DNA from: a virus
Lineage: Duplodnaviria > Caudoviricetes
Virus record (IMG/VR): IMGVR_UViG_3300049019_000034
Coordinates: 1-45,862 of that record
DNA length: 45,862 bases
Strand: one strand, 5' to 3'
Shown here: piece by piece, positions 27,100-35,112 of the stretch
How positions within the stretch are numbered: position 1 is the stretch's first letter
Layout of the letters: the number at the start of each line of letters is the position of its first letter
Program-made: the position numbers and the translations under genes
Notes under the pieces: model-generated
What the model was told of the DNA's origin: nothing
Database searches by the model: none
What the model saw: the letters and a program-made list of their open reading frames with translations, nothing else

Positions 27100-27345
27100 A
27101 TGGATGCGTTCTTTCAGGGACTGGGCATGGCGTTGATCGCCGCCGCGTTGTGCTGGTTCACCCTGCCGAGGGCTGGGCTGTCCAGGCCCACAGGCCGGCT
27201 GCTGTTCGCGAAGCTGGTCGGCGTCTTCCTGGCGCTCCACCTGGTCGGGCTCGCGGCGATGCCTGGCGGTGTCAATCCGCTGGTCACCACCCTGGCCACC
27301 TACGCCGTGGGTCGCTGGGTGCTCTTGCGCCCTCGTTCCACCTGA
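27100..27345 (+). CDS. Small multi-TM membrane protein
   Basis: 81-aa ORF with about three hydrophobic segments, filling the gap between the HTH gene and the repeat region. Confidence 0.5.
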   Translation: MDAFFQGLGMALIAAALCWFTLPRAGLSRPTGRLLFAKLVGVFLALHLVGLAAMPGGVNPLVTTLATYAVGRWVLLRPRST

Positions 27346-27402
27346 ATCTGCGATTTCTTGCGGGTTCCACCTGTCCGCTAAAACTTGCGGATTGGTCCGC
27401 TC

Positions 27403-27525
27403 GACCACATCAGGCCGTCCCACAACTCCCACATCCCTAAAGGGATATGTGGGATTCGTGGGATTGGGAGGGCACACAAGTGGCCCACTTGTGGGAGTGA
27501 TGTGGGATGTGGGCATAAAAAATTG
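27403..27525. repeat. Iteron-like repeat cluster, candidate replication origin
   Basis: Multiple TCCCACA/TGTGGGA units in both orientations, palindrome CACAAGTGG-C-CCACTTGTG (27475-27493), adjacent A-run; just downstream of the primase-helicase. Confidence 0.65.
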
Positions 27526-27554
27526 CACGTTCAACCCCGCAACGATTTGCAGAT

Positions 27555-29549
27555 TCATAAAACCGCCAGTTCGCCGCCGATGAGCGAAATGCGATTTGCG
27601 GCAACCAACGCCTCAACCGCGCGCAGCACGTTGTCCCGCCTGCGGTCCTTTTTGCCGTCGTCAGCCGGCGGCATTTCAGCCACGACAGCCTCGATCAACT
27701 GCGATGCGGTGACCGCGCCTGGCAGGTCCAGCAGGCCCTGAGCGACGCGCAGCACGGTCTGCTGCCAGACGCCCTTCGGCTCGGCCTTGCGTTGAGCCTT
27801 GGGCACGCTGGCCCCGTGCTGGACCACGCAGCTGGTGATGTCCTCGCCGTCGGCGTCCTGGCCCAGGGTGACGGTCTGCAGGCTGAAGGCGAACTCGTCA
27901 CCCTCGCCGGTGCCGTCCTTCATCTTGGTGATGGTGGCGGCCCGGTACTTGTCCGACCGCTCGACCTGGATCTCCACGTCCAGCGCGCCCTTGATGCCGC
28001 TCCAGCCCCGGATGCCGCGGCTCTCGTCCTTACCAGAGTGCGCCACCAGCATCACCATCGCGCCGGTGGCGCGGTGCAGCGTCTTGCAGTGGCCCAGCGC
28101 CCGGCCCATGTCCTCGCCGCTGTTCTCGTTGGCGCCCGGCGTGGTCTGGGCCAGCGTGTCGACGACGATCAGCTTCAGTCCCGGCAGGGTGCGCAGGGCC
28201 GCCACGAGGTCAGTCACGTCCTTCTTCTCCAGCAGGTTGGGCGCCTCGCCCAGGATGTGCAGCGGCAACCCGGCCAGCACCACGCCGCTGTGCTCGCTCA
28301 AGGCTCGCAGGCGCAGCCTGAAGCCCCCGGCGCCTTCGGCGCAGATGTAGGCCACCGCACCCTGCACCACCTGCCGGCCGCGCCATGCGGTGCCCGTGGC
28401 CACCGCCATGGCCAGGTCGGTGACCAGGAACGACTTGCCGGCGCCGGACGGCCCGTACAGGACGCCCACCTCGGCCTGGGGCAGCACGCGCTTGATCATC
28501 CAGGTGACAGGCGCGCCCTGCACGAAGAGCTCGGCCGGCTCGAAGGCGAAGCGCATCGCCTTCTTGACCGCCGGCCCTGCGCCAGGCGTGACAGAAGGTT
28601 TCCCATCTGACTCGCTCACGTCCTCGAAGTCGTCCACCGTGGCCACCTTGCTGGTGGCCCTGCCCTTCGCCTTCTGGCCGTGCTCGGTCCACAGGTACAT
28701 CAGCGCCCGGTCGGCGTCCTGCCGCCGGTGGTCCAGAGCCACCTCCATCGCGTGGGGGCTGGCGGCCAGCACGCTCAGCACTTCGTCGTCGCGCAGGCCG
28801 GCGCCGTACAGCGCCACCGCGGCGGCGAAGAGCTCGCGCGACCGGTCGCCGCGGTGCGTGCCGTCGGCCAGGAAGTCGCGGGCCTGATACGGGATGTCCA
28901 GCTCGGCCAGGTCGGGCAGCGCCAGCTCGTCGACGAGGTCCGGCAGCTGCAGGGTGATCACCGTGGCGGTCGTCTTCACCCGGGCATAGCGGGTGGACAG
29001 CTCGGCCATCGCGTCAGCCGGCGCCTGGCGCATCTCGGCATGGCCTGAAATGACGTCGCCGGTCACGGTGAGGAACCGCGGCTCGTGGCCGGCGTAGACC
29101 TCGATGCCGATCTCGTGGTTCGTCCAGTCCTCGGGCACCTCGCCCGTGGTGAAGATGCGCAGGCCGCGGCCGCTCGGGCTGACCTCCGTGTAGCTGTCCA
29201 GCGCGGCTACGACCTCGGCGGCCCACGGCTCGATGGTGCCGTCGGTGTTCACGCAGCCGTCCAGGTCCGTGCCCACCAGGCCATGCGGCCCGGTCATCAC
29301 GTAGCCGATGCCGGCGAAGGCGTCAGGCCGGGCCTTGAACGCCGCCAGCGCGGCGTCGAAGCCCAACCAGCGCTCTGGCTTGGCGGTGCTCAGGCCGTAG
29401 CCGTTGGCCTGGCAGGGAATCTTGTCCCACTTCTGGCGCTTGTCGTTCCACTGGGCCCGCCAGGGCGCCCAGCGCGACTGCGCGCGCAGCTCGTCGGGGA
29501 TGTTCGCGCCCACGAAGGGACGCAGGGGGTTCTTCGGCTGTGCCATCAC
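27555..29549 (-). CDS. Primase-polymerase (NrS-1-like AEP) fused to an AAA_25/RepA-type helicase
   Basis: GTDLD and YTEVSPSGRGLRIF primpol motifs, DRSRE helical bundle, Walker A GPSGAGKS, Walker B IVVDT, HSGKD..RGWS. Confidence 0.9.
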   Translation of the reverse strand: MMAQPKNPLRPFVGANIPDELRAQSRWAPWRAQWNDKRQKWDKIPCQANGYGLSTAKPERWLGFDAALAAFKARPDAFAGIGYVMTGPHGLVGTDLDGCVNTDGTIEPWAAEVVAALDSYTEVSPSGRGLRIFTTGEVPEDWTNHEIGIEVYAGHEPRFLTVTGDVISGHAEMRQAPADAMAELSTRYARVKTTATVITLQLPDLVDELALPDLAELDIPYQARDFLADGTHRGDRSRELFAAAVALYGAGLRDDEVLSVLAASPHAMEVALDHRRQDADRALMYLWTEHGQKAKGRATSKVATVDDFEDVSESDGKPSVTPGAGPAVKKAMRFAFEPAELFVQGAPVTWMIKRVLPQAEVGVLYGPSGAGKSFLVTDLAMAVATGTAWRGRQVVQGAVAYICAEGAGGFRLRLRALSEHSGVVLAGLPLHILGEAPNLLEKKDVTDLVAALRTLPGLKLIVVDTLAQTTPGANENSGEDMGRALGHCKTLHRATGAMVMLVAHSGKDESRGIRGWSGIKGALDVEIQVERSDKYRAATITKMKDGTGEGDEFAFSLQTVTLGQDADGEDITSCVVQHGASVPKAQRKAEPKGVWQQTVLRVAQGLLDLPGAVTASQLIEAVVAEMPPADDGKKDRRRDNVLRAVEALVAANRISLIGGELAVL

Positions 29550-29559
29550 GACCAGCCCC

Positions 29560-29787
29560 TCAGACGCCGCTGGTGTCGAGCAGGCTTGCGAGTTGCGGCT
29601 TCACCAGGCGGTCACGGGGCACGCCGGTGAGCTGCTCCACCTCGACGACACGGCCCACCGGCACCCAGCCCTTGCGGACCCACTTTGCGACGGCCTGCTG
29701 CGAGGCGCCGACCAGCTGGCCCAGCGCCCGCTGGCCGCCTGCCTTGCGAATGGCCTCGCGGACCCCTGTCTCTGCTGCTGTGCTCAT
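29560..29787 (-). CDS. cro: Cro-like HTH regulator (YdaS-like)
   Basis: AIRKAGGQRALGQLVGASQQAVAKW..VP..VEQLTGV..L motif; divergent from the repressor. Confidence 0.85.
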   Translation of the reverse strand: MSTAAETGVREAIRKAGGQRALGQLVGASQQAVAKWVRKGWVPVGRVVEVEQLTGVPRDRLVKPQLASLLDTSGV

Positions 29788-29814
29788 GGTGAATATCCAC
29801 AACCAAATAGGCAC

Positions 29815-29843
29815 ATCCTAAGCCTTACGGATGAATAAAACAA
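29815..29843 (-). promoter_or_regulatory. Sigma70-type lytic promoter for cro
   Basis: TTGTTT (29843-29838), 17 bp, TAGGAT (29820-29815); its -35 overlaps the ACAACCTAGGGATGTTG operator-like site. Confidence 0.6.
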
Positions 29844-29909
29844 CCTAGGGATGTTGATACAGCGCGCCGCGTTCAAAACTAAAATCAATCCACAACCCGA
29901 GGTAGTAAC

Positions 29910-30821
29910 ATGTCCTTAAAAGCCGCTTTGCAGGCTGATCTGGCCGAGAAACAGATGAACCTTGGCGACCTGGCCGAGAAGCTCGAGATCAAACAACAGT
30001 CGGTGTCCAAATGGATCGCGAAGGACGAGATCCCGCAGGACCGTCTGGAGCAGGTGCTGTCCATCGTTGGTGGCCCGGACTCGCGCACGGCCCAGTACAT
30101 CGTCCAGCAGACGACAAGCCGCTTGCGCGGCGCCATGGGTGCGAAAGCGGCGCTCAAGTCGCCGCCACAGCCCGGCGATGAGGACGAGGAGCCCGTGCAG
30201 TTTCAGTACGCCGCGCACATCGACCTGCGGCCGTCGTCCGTCCGAGAGGCTGAGCCCCAGACCAACGTCATCGAGAGCGAGCTGGACGGGAAGAGAGTCG
30301 GCTATCCGAACTCGCCGCTATTTCGTCGCCACCGAACGGAATCCTGGGCGCGACTGCTGCCTGGGGAGTTGAAGGCGAACGTCCTCGTTCGAATCCAGAT
30401 CAACGGCGGGTTTCGCGAGTTCGACTACCTGTCGGACAAGCTGGCGCTGATGGTCCGCCCGGTCCCAGTGGGCGACCCGACCAGGCTCGTGCACACAGCG
30501 ATGCCGCTCTTGCTGCTGCGGGCCCAAACCCCAGGCGTCCGGTGCACGCTGGTGCTTCTGCCGCCCGAGAAGCTCCGCATGCCAACGCCACACGTTCGGA
30601 TTTCTGACGGCGCGGCGCGGGTGTTCGCCAGCCGAATGGAGCTGGTGAAACAGGACCTGCGCGCACTCGGTGTCAACGTGGTGAAGTTCGACGAGCCGAT
30701 GGAGCTGGCGCTCATGATCGGCGCTGCAGAAGATCCGATGCGGGATGAAGAAGTGTTCTCCTACGAAGACTGGCCGGAAGACACGTTGACGCCCGCCGAC
30801 CGGGAGTCCGGCACCGACTAG
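29910..30821 (+). CDS. cI: Prophage repressor, N-terminal XRE HTH with non-peptidase C-terminal domain
   Basis: LAEKLEIKQQSVSKW..IP HTH; divergent from cro; followed by a strong terminator. Confidence 0.75.
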   Translation: MSLKAALQADLAEKQMNLGDLAEKLEIKQQSVSKWIAKDEIPQDRLEQVLSIVGGPDSRTAQYIVQQTTSRLRGAMGAKAALKSPPQPGDEDEEPVQFQYAAHIDLRPSSVREAEPQTNVIESELDGKRVGYPNSPLFRRHRTESWARLLPGELKANVLVRIQINGGFREFDYLSDKLALMVRPVPVGDPTRLVHTAMPLLLLRAQTPGVRCTLVLLPPEKLRMPTPHVRISDGAARVFASRMELVKQDLRALGVNVVKFDEPMELALMIGAAEDPMRDEEVFSYEDWPEDTLTPADRESGTD

Positions 30822-30842
30822 TCCCACCCTCCCCCTGAAACG

Positions 30843-30872
30843 AAGCGCGCCTACCCAGCGCGCTTTTTTTTT
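30843..30872 (+). terminator. Rho-independent terminator after the repressor
   Basis: AAGCGCGC..AGCGCGCTT hairpin followed by T9. Confidence 0.85.
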
Positions 30873-30893
30873 CGCCCGTCTGGTTGATTTCAC

Positions 30894-30922
30894 TTGCGAA
30901 CAGCCGTTTGGTTGTATAGAGT
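30894..30922 (+). promoter_or_regulatory. Sigma70 early promoter with operator-like site in the spacer
   Basis: TTGCGA, 17 bp, TAGAGT; spacer contains the imperfect palindrome ACAGCC-GTTT-GGTTGT. Confidence 0.7.
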
Positions 30923-30959
30923 CTGGCTTAACAACTTGACTCCAACCCGAGGACGCAAC

Positions 30960-31061
30960 GTGAACCGCCAAACCACCGCCCAGCGCATCGCCTTCGCGGC
31001 GACCTACGCGGCGGCCCTCATCGCAACGGCCCTGGACGTCTTCGTCTGGCGCCCGTTCTGA
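30960..31061 (+). CDS. 33-aa membrane peptide (not in the ORF track)
   Basis: GAGGA RBS, GTG start, MNRQTTAQRIAFAATYAAALIATALDVFVWRPF; its stop overlaps the next RBS. Confidence 0.65.
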   Translation: MNRQTTAQRIAFAATYAAALIATALDVFVWRPF

Positions 31062-31071
31062 GGAGCCCGCC

Positions 31072-31470
31072 ATGCACCTCCCCGCCCTCACAGACCGCGA
31101 GCTCGCGCACCACGCCGACCTCGAATTCGATCCGCTGACCGCGACCGACCTGCAGGTCGAACTGGCCCGCCGATTCACCGCCCTGCTGGATCGCATCGAG
31201 CCGTTCGACACCCTCGCCGACAAGCTGCACGACCTGGATATCGACACCGACAGCGCCACCGACGTGGCCCGGGTCGAGCGGCTAGTGGCCGCGGACAACG
31301 AATTCAGCGGCTGGCCCCTGCGCGAGTTGCTGGAACTGCTTCAACGCTTTGACGTCGAGACCGTCGACGCCCTCGAGCAAATCCTGAACCGCGACGCCAA
31401 GGTCGCGGACGCGATGAACGATCTGGCCGAACCCCTGGCCAGCCTCCAAGCCCTTGTGACCCCCGCCTGA
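31072..31470 (+). CDS. Hypothetical early protein
   Basis: GAGGAG RBS; acidic helical ORF in the early operon. Confidence 0.75.
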   Translation: MHLPALTDRELAHHADLEFDPLTATDLQVELARRFTALLDRIEPFDTLADKLHDLDIDTDSATDVARVERLVAADNEFSGWPLRELLELLQRFDVETVDALEQILNRDAKVADAMNDLAEPLASLQALVTPA

Positions 31471-31481
31471 AAGGACCCCGC

Positions 31482-31958
31482 ATGTTCCCGATGACCATCA
31501 CCCTGCAGAACCCCGCCCAGCTCAACGCTGTGCTGGCGGCTCTGAACCTCGGCACCGCCGAGCCCACCACCGCGGAGATGGGCCGCATGGCCGTCGCCCA
31601 GGGCGCCAAGCTGCGCGCCGAGGCCGACGCGCCCAAGGAGGTGGCCACCAGCACCGCGGGAAAGTCTGCGAAGGCCGACCCTGCCCGTACCTCGCCTACT
31701 GCCAAGGCGGCGGAGGCCGGTGCGCCCGAGAAGACGGCCGACGCGTCCGCCCAGTCTGCCGACAGTGCGGCAGCCGAACCCCAAGCCTCGACTGCTGCGA
31801 CTGAAGCCGTCACCTATGACCAGGTGGGCAAGGCCATCACCGAGCGCGCCAAGACCGACCGCGCGCACGTCATCGCCACGCTGAAGAGCTTCAACGTGGC
31901 CAAGGGCCCCGAGCTGAAGCCCGCCCAGTACGCCGACTTCATGAAGGCACTGGGCTGA
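31482..31958 (+). CDS. Conserved phage protein preceding DUF2800
   Basis: Ala/Pro-rich linker and small C-terminal helical domain (LKSFNVAKGPELKPAQY); standard position. Confidence 0.75.
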   Translation: MFPMTITLQNPAQLNAVLAALNLGTAEPTTAEMGRMAVAQGAKLRAEADAPKEVATSTAGKSAKADPARTSPTAKAAEAGAPEKTADASAQSADSAAAEPQASTAATEAVTYDQVGKAITERAKTDRAHVIATLKSFNVAKGPELKPAQYADFMKALG

Positions 31959-31961
31959 GCC

Positions 31962-33221
31962 ATGAGCGCGCATGCGGAACTCTCCCCGTCCAGCGCCGTG
32001 CGCTGGATGTCGTGCCCCGGCTCTGTGGCGCTGACGCGCGACCTGCCCGACACCAGCAGCGGCCATGCCGAGGAAGGCACCGCCGCCCACTGGCTGGCCG
32101 AGCAGTCCCTGCGCAATGACCACCCCGCCGCGCAGCTGGTCGGCGAGGTGGCCGAGAACGGCGTGCCCATCACTGCCGACATGGCCCGCGACGTTCAGAC
32201 CTACGTCGACTATGTCCGTGACGTGGTGCGCAGCACCCAGGGCGAGCTGCTGATCGAGCAGCGCCTGCCCATCGGCCACCTCACCGGCGAGCCCGGCGCC
32301 CACGGCACCGCCGATGCGGTGGTGCTCGCCGGCGACGAGCTGATCGTGATCGATCTGAAGTTCGGCCGCGGCGTCGCGGTGCAGGCCGACGACAACCCGC
32401 AGCTGCAGATCTACGCGCTGGCCGCGCTGGAAGAGTTCGGCATCGCGCAGGACTTCCAGCGCGCCCGCCTGGTGATCCACCAGCCCCGACTGAACACCGT
32501 CAGCGAATGGGCGCAACCGGTGACCGACCTGCAGGCCTTCGGCGAGGAAGTGGCCGAGGCCGCCGAGTTCACCCGCCGCGAGGCCGCGCCGCTGATCCCG
32601 ACCGAGAAGGGCTGCCGCTGGTGCAAGGCCAAGGCCACCTGCACTGGTCTGGCCCGCAAGGTCCAGGACGAGATCGGCGCCGACTTCGACGACCTGACGG
32701 CGCTGACGACACCCGAAATCAAGGCCGATGTCGTGGTCCGCGACGCTCAGCCCCTGGCCAGCGCGCTCAAGGCGGCAGACCTGATCGAGGTCTGGCTCAA
32801 GGCCGTGCGTGCGGAGGCCGAGGCGCGCCTGCTCGCCGGCCAGGCCGTACCCGGTTTCAAGCTGGTGCGGGGCAAGAAGGGCAACCGCGCCTGGAGCGAC
32901 GCCGAGGCGGCCGAGGAGCTGCTCAAAGACACCTTCCGCCTGAAGGTGGAAGAGATGTACGAGCTGTCGCTCATCACGCCCACGGTCGCAGAGAAGCTGG
33001 CGCCGAAGCTGGACAAGAGCGGCAAGCCAGCGCCTCGCGTGGAAGGCCAGCCCAAGCCACGTATTGGCCCCCGCCAGTGGGACAAGTTGGCCGCCCTGAT
33101 CACCCAGTCCGACGGCAAGCCCAGCGTGGCCCCCGAATCCGACAAGCGCCCGGCATTGGTCATGTCTGCCGTCGCTGATGACTTCTCCGATGTGACCGCC
33201 ACCGATTGCGACCTCGCCTAA
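31962..33221 (+). CDS. DUF2800 Cas4-like PD-(D/E)xK nuclease
   Basis: HAELSPSS..RW..CPGS, EEGTAAH, GTAD, IDLKFG, NPQL..YAL, CRWCKAKATC motifs. Confidence 0.92.
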   Translation: MSAHAELSPSSAVRWMSCPGSVALTRDLPDTSSGHAEEGTAAHWLAEQSLRNDHPAAQLVGEVAENGVPITADMARDVQTYVDYVRDVVRSTQGELLIEQRLPIGHLTGEPGAHGTADAVVLAGDELIVIDLKFGRGVAVQADDNPQLQIYALAALEEFGIAQDFQRARLVIHQPRLNTVSEWAQPVTDLQAFGEEVAEAAEFTRREAAPLIPTEKGCRWCKAKATCTGLARKVQDEIGADFDDLTALTTPEIKADVVVRDAQPLASALKAADLIEVWLKAVRAEAEARLLAGQAVPGFKLVRGKKGNRAWSDAEAAEELLKDTFRLKVEEMYELSLITPTVAEKLAPKLDKSGKPAPRVEGQPKPRIGPRQWDKLAALITQSDGKPSVAPESDKRPALVMSAVADDFSDVTATDCDLA

Positions 33222-33238
33222 AGAAAGGGCCCCGCACC

Positions 33239-33787
33239 ATGAAGATCAAACTCACCAACGTCCGCCTGGCCTTTCCGACTCTGTTCGAGGCCAAGACCGT
33301 CAACGGCGAAGGCAAGCCGGCGTTCAGCGCCAGCTTTCTCATCGACCCGGCTGACCCGCAGGTCAAGGCGATCAACGCCGCCATCGACGCCACCGCGCAG
33401 GAGAAGTGGGGCGCCAAGGCCGCCGCGCAGCTCGTGCAGATGCGCAAGGCCGACAAGGTTTGCCTGCACGACGGCGACCTGAAGGCCACCTACGACGGCT
33501 TCCCCGGCAACCTCTACATCTCGGCGCGCAACCCCATGCGCCCCACGGTGGTGGACGCCGACAAGACGCCACTCGTCGAGGCCGACGGCAAGCCCTACGC
33601 CGGCTGCTACGTGCACGCCGTGCTGGAGCTCTGGGCGCAGGACAACCAATTCGGCAAGCGCGTCAACGCCACGCTGATGGGAGTCCAGTTCTTCCGCGAC
33701 GGTGACAGCTTCACCGGCGGCGGCGTGGCCAGCGACGACGACTTCGACGACGTCACCAGCGGCGCGACCGCTGACGACCTCGCCTAA
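33239..33787 (+). CDS. DUF2815 single-stranded DNA-binding protein
   Basis: NVRLAFP.LF, LHDGD, YAGCYV, GVQFFRDGD motifs; acidic tail. Confidence 0.92.
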   Translation: MKIKLTNVRLAFPTLFEAKTVNGEGKPAFSASFLIDPADPQVKAINAAIDATAQEKWGAKAAAQLVQMRKADKVCLHDGDLKATYDGFPGNLYISARNPMRPTVVDADKTPLVEADGKPYAGCYVHAVLELWAQDNQFGKRVNATLMGVQFFRDGDSFTGGGVASDDDFDDVTSGATADDLA

Positions 33788-33798
33788 CAGAGAACGCC

Positions 33799-34041
33799 AT
33801 GCGAGTTCGCTCCATCGAAGGCCAGCCCTTCAACACAGCCGACGGGACCATCAACTTCACGGCTGAGGAGCTTGTCTCCAAGGCCATTCACGAGGCGTCG
33901 TTTGGCAGCCGGGGGCAGATCGAAGCCTTGAAGGCGCAGGTGGATTGCCTGGCAGAGATCGTCGGCCGCCTCGTCGAGTGGGTTCCCGAGAAAGACCGCC
34001 TCGCGGTCACGGGCTTGTCTCACCGCCTCGAACGCATCTGA
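33799..34041 (+). CDS. Hypothetical protein
   Basis: 80-aa ORF 11 nt after the SSB gene. Confidence 0.6.
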   Translation: MRVRSIEGQPFNTADGTINFTAEELVSKAIHEASFGSRGQIEALKAQVDCLAEIVGRLVEWVPEKDRLAVTGLSHRLERI

Positions 34042-34327
34042 CACGACGGGCCGGGGCTTCGGCCCCGGTGCTTGTGGGTCTTGCCCACATCCTCCCCGCG
34101 ACCGGCCCAGCGCGGGACAGAGCCACCTCATCGGCCGCGCGCCAGCCCCAAGACCTTGACGGCGCGAGGCCTAGCACCCGGCGGGCAAGAGGCAACGCGA
34201 TTGGCCGGGATGTCGTGGCCTGGGCCATGTCTCCGAATTGCTGAATCACAAAAAAGATTCCACAACCTGTATTTGTTGAATCACAATAAATAGACGCTTC
34301 GCCCATCAACCCACAGGACGCAGATAC

Positions 34328-34606
34328 GTGAGCACCACTTGCAAACCCAGCGAAGTCACCCGGCTCTGGTTCGACGGCGAACAGGGATTGACCCGCGCCT
34401 ACGGCGTCTCGGCAGACCTCGTCGCGATGCCGCGCATCGCCGGCATGCCGGAACACCTGCGCGCCATCGACTTCGCGCCGGCCATGCGCGTGTTCATGCT
34501 CCGCGAGAGCGGCCAGGCGTGGCGCGAGATGACGTCAACCGAACGCGCCCTGTCGCTGGAGTTCCTGGCCAAGATCGCCGAGGCGGTTCGCGGGGTGGTG
34601 GCATGA
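34328..34606 (+). CDS. Hypothetical protein
   Basis: AGGA RBS; follows an AT-rich promoter-like island at 34235-34295. Confidence 0.6.
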   Translation: MSTTCKPSEVTRLWFDGEQGLTRAYGVSADLVAMPRIAGMPEHLRAIDFAPAMRVFMLRESGQAWREMTSTERALSLEFLAKIAEAVRGVVA

Positions 34607-35083
34607 CCCCGCAGGAGGCATTCGCGGCCCTGCCGACCTGGCTGCGCACACGGGCAGACATGCAGGCGCTGGGCGAGGCTTGCGCAATGAGCGCCGGTGC
34701 CCGCGCAGGGGGCGGGCCTGACGGATGAGCAGTTGACCGACATCATCGCGGCCGGGCTGAGCGGCACCTATCACTGCACCCGAGTGTGGGAGGCGTGGAG
34801 CGTCGGCACCATGAGCCAGGATGACTTTGAGCCGGTGGACGAATCCGACACGCCCGGCGAGATCGCCCAAGCCATCCGCGCCGCCATCACCCAGGCGCCG
34901 GCCGCCGAACACATGCAGGCCCATAGGGCGGCTGCGCTGGAGGAGGCCGCGAAGGTGTGCGAGGACTGGGAGAAAGGCTTTCGGCAGACCGCCGACGGCG
35001 CGTCCGATGGCCGCTATGACTGGAAGGCGGACGGCGCTGGCGAGTGCGCTGCTGCCATCCGTGAACTGTCCAAGATGGACTGA
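34603..35083 (+). CDS. Modular Ead/Ea22-type accessory protein, split into two frames (34603-34728 and 34697-35083)
   Basis: ATGA-coupled start at 34603; the downstream frame begins at the linker PAQGAGLTDEQ without a clear RBS; ends with the common ALEEAAKVCE..CAAAIR module. Confidence 0.5.
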
Positions 35084-35112
35084 CCCACGATTCCTCTACT
35101 TGGAACTGACCC

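Noticed and set aside
27403-27525. CRISPR array or microsatellite
   Set aside because: Repeats are about 7 bp, irregularly spaced and in both orientations; better explained as origin iterons
26815-27558. 247-aa ORF as listed in the track
   Set aside because: Its N-terminal part runs through the repeat region and overlaps another ORF; the RBS-supported gene starts at 27075
31962-33221. Cas4/CRISPR system
   Set aside because: DUF2800 is a routine phage replication-module nuclease; no repeat-spacer array or other cas genes seen
34051-34068. Simple rho-independent terminator
   Set aside because: Strong hairpin but no U-tract on either strand; treated as part of the candidate structured RNA
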